Shown here in pieces: positions 60,840-64,000 of a stretch of 64,000 nt of DNA. This DNA is from Vicugna vicugna. Taxonomy: Eukaryota. Under the pieces are notes generated by a model. That model had not been told where the DNA came from. It did not search any database and was given only the letters and a program-made list of their open reading frames with translations. Location of the stretch: the NCBI GenBank assembly GCA_013265495.1, contig MU057651.1:2644948-2708947 (forward strand). The letters run 5' to 3'. A program made the position numbers and the translations under genes. Position 1 is the first letter of the stretch; each line of letters starts with the position of its first letter.

Positions 60840-62890
60840 AGTTGGTAAACTCCTCGTCTTTGCAAATCAAAAAAGTCTGTATTTTGCCCCCTCATTAGAA
60901 GAATGATCATGTTCAAAGTTCAAAGTTGACGGCTGGTTTTCCTTGGCACTTTGAAGATAACACTTCATTATTACTGGAGGCAATAAATTCTGTAGTTTTG
61001 GGACGATCCTATATTTTTATGTGTGACATTCTGCCATTTCACAGCCGTGTGTGTGTGTGAGTGAGATTTTATTTTTATTTGCCCTGGTTAGAACTCAGAG
61101 TGAATTGTCTAAAAGAGCACATCTTTCCACATTTCCAGAAAATTCTCAGCAATTATCTCATAAAGCATTTATTTTTGATCATTCTCTTTCTGCTCTTTTT
61201 ATGAAATTCCTTAAGAGTATATTATAGACTCTAAATGTATCCTCTAGGTTCTTAACTGAGGTTTCATTTAAAAACAAACAAACAAACAAAAACCTTTTTT
61301 TCCCTCTTTTGACTTTTGGGTAAATTCTATGTTCCAGCTCACAAATTCACCTTTTGGCATCTATTTTAGAATTCATCCAGTTTTTTGATTTATTAGATTT
61401 TATTTTAATGTTTATATATTTTATTTCTGAGAATTAATTTTTTTATGATCACCATTTTTTTCACTGTTTTCTTTCCCCAGCTTGCTGAAGTATAATTTAC
61501 ATCACTCACTTAAAGTTTACAGTTTTCAGTGATCATTACATTTTGTAACCACCACCAGCATGAGATACGGGAGCATTTCTATTACCCCAGAACTTCTCTC
61601 CTGCACCTTTGTTATTAATCCTGTCCCCAGGCTTCTAGCTTTGGGAAATAACCATTGTGATTTTGTCTTTTCCAGAACTTCAGCTGCAAGGAATCATACC
61701 ATATGGAGTCTTCTGCTTTTAACTTCCTTCACTTGGCACAATTTTGTCATGATTGTTACACGTATGGATCATTTATTCCTTTTAGTTGCTGAGTAATATT
61801 CCAATGTACAGATAAAACTAGTCTGTTCATTCATACATTGATGGAATCTTGGGATGTTCCCCATTCTGGGCCATTATAAACAGTGCTGCTGTGAAAATTC
61901 ACTGACATTTTGTGTGGACAGGTTCGCATTCCTCTTGGCTGAATGCCTAGGAGCAGAAATGTTGAATTACACAGTAAGTGTGTGTTTATAAAACTCTGCT
62001 CAACTGACTCCCAAAGCCGCTGCATTATTTTACATTCTAAACAGGATGTGAGGGTTTCATTTGCTCTGCTTCCTTGTCAACACTTACAATTGTCCGTCTT
62101 TTAAATTTCAGCCACTCTAGTGTCCGTGTATCTCAGTGGGATTTTAATTTGTGTTTTCCTGGTAACTAATGATGCCTGCTGGTCCTGCCTTAATGTATGT
62201 CTCGGTCATATACAGTCTGGAGATAAATCTTCTGTCAGATACTTGCTTTTCAAATGTTTCCCTCCACTTGGTGGCTTGTCTTTTCATTTTCTTAAGTGTT
62301 CTTTTAAAGAGCATTAAATTAAAATATGTAATTTTAAAGAGCATTAAATTAAGTATGTAATTGTGATGAAGCTCATTTCAATATTTTGCTCTGTGGGTTG
62401 CCTTTTTGGTGTCCTGTTAAAATCATCACTGTCAAACACAAAGTCACAGTGATGCTTCTCTGCTGTGTCCTTTGGAAGACTTACAAGTTAGCTGTTACAT
62501 TTGGGTCTACGATAAATACTAAAATTATTTTTTTATTTAATTTCCTTTTTGGGGGTGGGTAGTTAGGTTTATTTATTTATTTAACGGAGGGACTGGGGAT
62601 TGAACCCAGGACCTCATGCATGTAGGCATGCTCTCTACCGCTGAGCCACAGCTTCCCCACCGAAATTATTTTTGATAATGGTATGAAGTGAAGACCAGGT
62701 TCATTTATTTTCATACCAATATCCAGTTGTGCCAGGAGCAACTTGGGTAAAGATTTATCCTTTTTGGTCACACATCACTCGGCCACATAAATGAGACCCT
62801 GTCTCCAGACACTTTCTATTTCGTTCTATTGGTCTCGATATATGTCAGTCTGTCAGTTCCACATTGCCTTGAATTCTAAGGTTTGAAATT
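60840..62890 (-). mobile_element. Old L1/HAL1-like antisense fragments
   Basis: CTTGGCACTTTGAAGATA; TTGCTGAGTAATATTCC; ATAAACAGTGCTGCTGTGAAAATTC; GGGATTTTAATTTGTGTTTTCCT. Confidence 0.7.
62533..62660 (-). mobile_element. vic-1-type SINE
   Basis: GGGATTGAACCCAGGACCTCATGCATG..; TSD AAATTATTTTT at 62522-62532 and 62663-62673. Confidence 0.9.
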
Positions 62891-62934
62891 ACATCGTACA
62901 AATCCTCCTTTTTTTTTTTCTTCTTTTTAGATGT

Positions 62935-63640
62935 TCATAAGCTCAGGAAAAGATGCTCAAAGTGAAAATTCCTTAGAGGATTACGGACTTAAAAAACAGT
63001 GAGATACTACCATACACATCTTGATTGGCCCAAATCTGAAACATTGACAACAGCAAATGGTGGTGAGGATGTGGGGCGACAGAAACACTCACTGCTGCCG
63101 GGAACGCAGAATGGTACAGCCACTCTGGAAGACAGTTTGGCAATTTCCGACAAAGCTAAACGTATTCCTACCATATGATCAAGCAATTGAGCCCCTTGGT
63201 GTTTACCCGAAGAAACTGAAAACATATGTCCACACAAAAACCCACCCGTGGCTGTTTATAGCAGCTTTATTCATCATTGCCAAAATGCAGGAGCACCCAC
63301 GGCGTCCATTAGTAGGTGAATAATTAATCTGTGGCACCTCCAGACAACTGATGGATAACAAATGGAATATTATTCAGTGCTGAAAAAGGAATGCATTAGC
63401 CTTCATGAAAGTACAAAGCAGGCATCTTCAGGGTATAACACCGAGAGAAGGAAGCCAATCAGAAAAGGCTATGTTCTCTGGGATTCCCAGTCTATGACCT
63501 TTGGGAAAGGCAAAACTACGGAGACTGTGAAATGTTCAGGGGTTGGCAGGGGAGGGGTACGGGGCAGATCAGAGATTTTTAAGGCAGTGAACTTGTTCTG
63601 AGTGCCACTCCAAGGATGGATACATGTGATTATAAATTTT
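62935..63640 (+). mobile_element. Old L1MB-type ORF2 end and 3' UTR
   Basis: ORF 63057-63323 [35 protein letters not shown]. Confidence 0.9.
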
Positions 63641-63799
63641 TTGAAGGTATAACATTTCAAAACGTGTTACATAGCAAGGGTATAATTAGCCATTTCCAGC
63701 GATGCATAGCTCCTCTGATTCTGCTGGTTCATTCATTCTTTCCCACGCACTCAGTCACCTGAAACACGCAGCCTTGCTCACCTCCGTCCTGAATGATCG

Positions 63800-64000
63800 G
63801 GGAGGATTGTCATAATTTGACAGGCATGTCTGATTTCATGCACCTTGTCTGTAACACCTGCCAGAAGTTTCTAGTTCACAGCCGATCGCACGCTTCAAAG
63901 ATGAATTTTGATAACACAGTCACTCAGTTACACCCACCTGGAGATGAGATGCGTGGCGTGGCGTGGCTTGGGCCATGATTGGTAGTGATTGCTAATATAA
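63800..64000. promoter_or_regulatory. TALE/homeodomain/GATA/TCF motif cluster, candidate enhancer
   Basis: TGTCA-TAATT-TGACA at 63808-63822; TTCAAAG at 63894; TGATAA at 63909; TGATTGG at 63976. Confidence 0.45.

Overview
Mammalian intergenic DNA, almost certainly camelid: seven tRNA-Ala(AGC)-derived vic-1-type SINEs and young camelid-type L1 3' ends. I find no credible protein-coding exon. The listed ORFs are L1 ORF2 remnants, microsatellite read-through, gap-spanning artefacts or chance GC-rich ORFs. The window contains three CpG-rich islands (1-380; about 11050-12700, broken by a 719-nt N gap; about 25420-26200), many old and young L1 fragments, L2, MIR, MaLR and MER relics, two solo ERV LTRs and several repeat-free blocks dense in GATA, Forkhead, homeodomain and TALE motifs. 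The order and spacing of those blocks fit my recollection of the region upstream of GATA4 (gene on the minus strand, off the left edge): distal 1b promoter near 14.3 kb, G2-like enhancer near 30.4 kb, G8-like enhancer near 63.9 kb. This is an inference, not a sequence match. The most unusual directly visible structure is a solo LTR at about 46386-47139 whose U3 is a tandem array of 12 CCAAT boxes and 3 perfect octamers ahead of a TATA box. Repeat family names come from recalled consensus sequences. Boundaries without target-site duplications (TSDs) are approximate.
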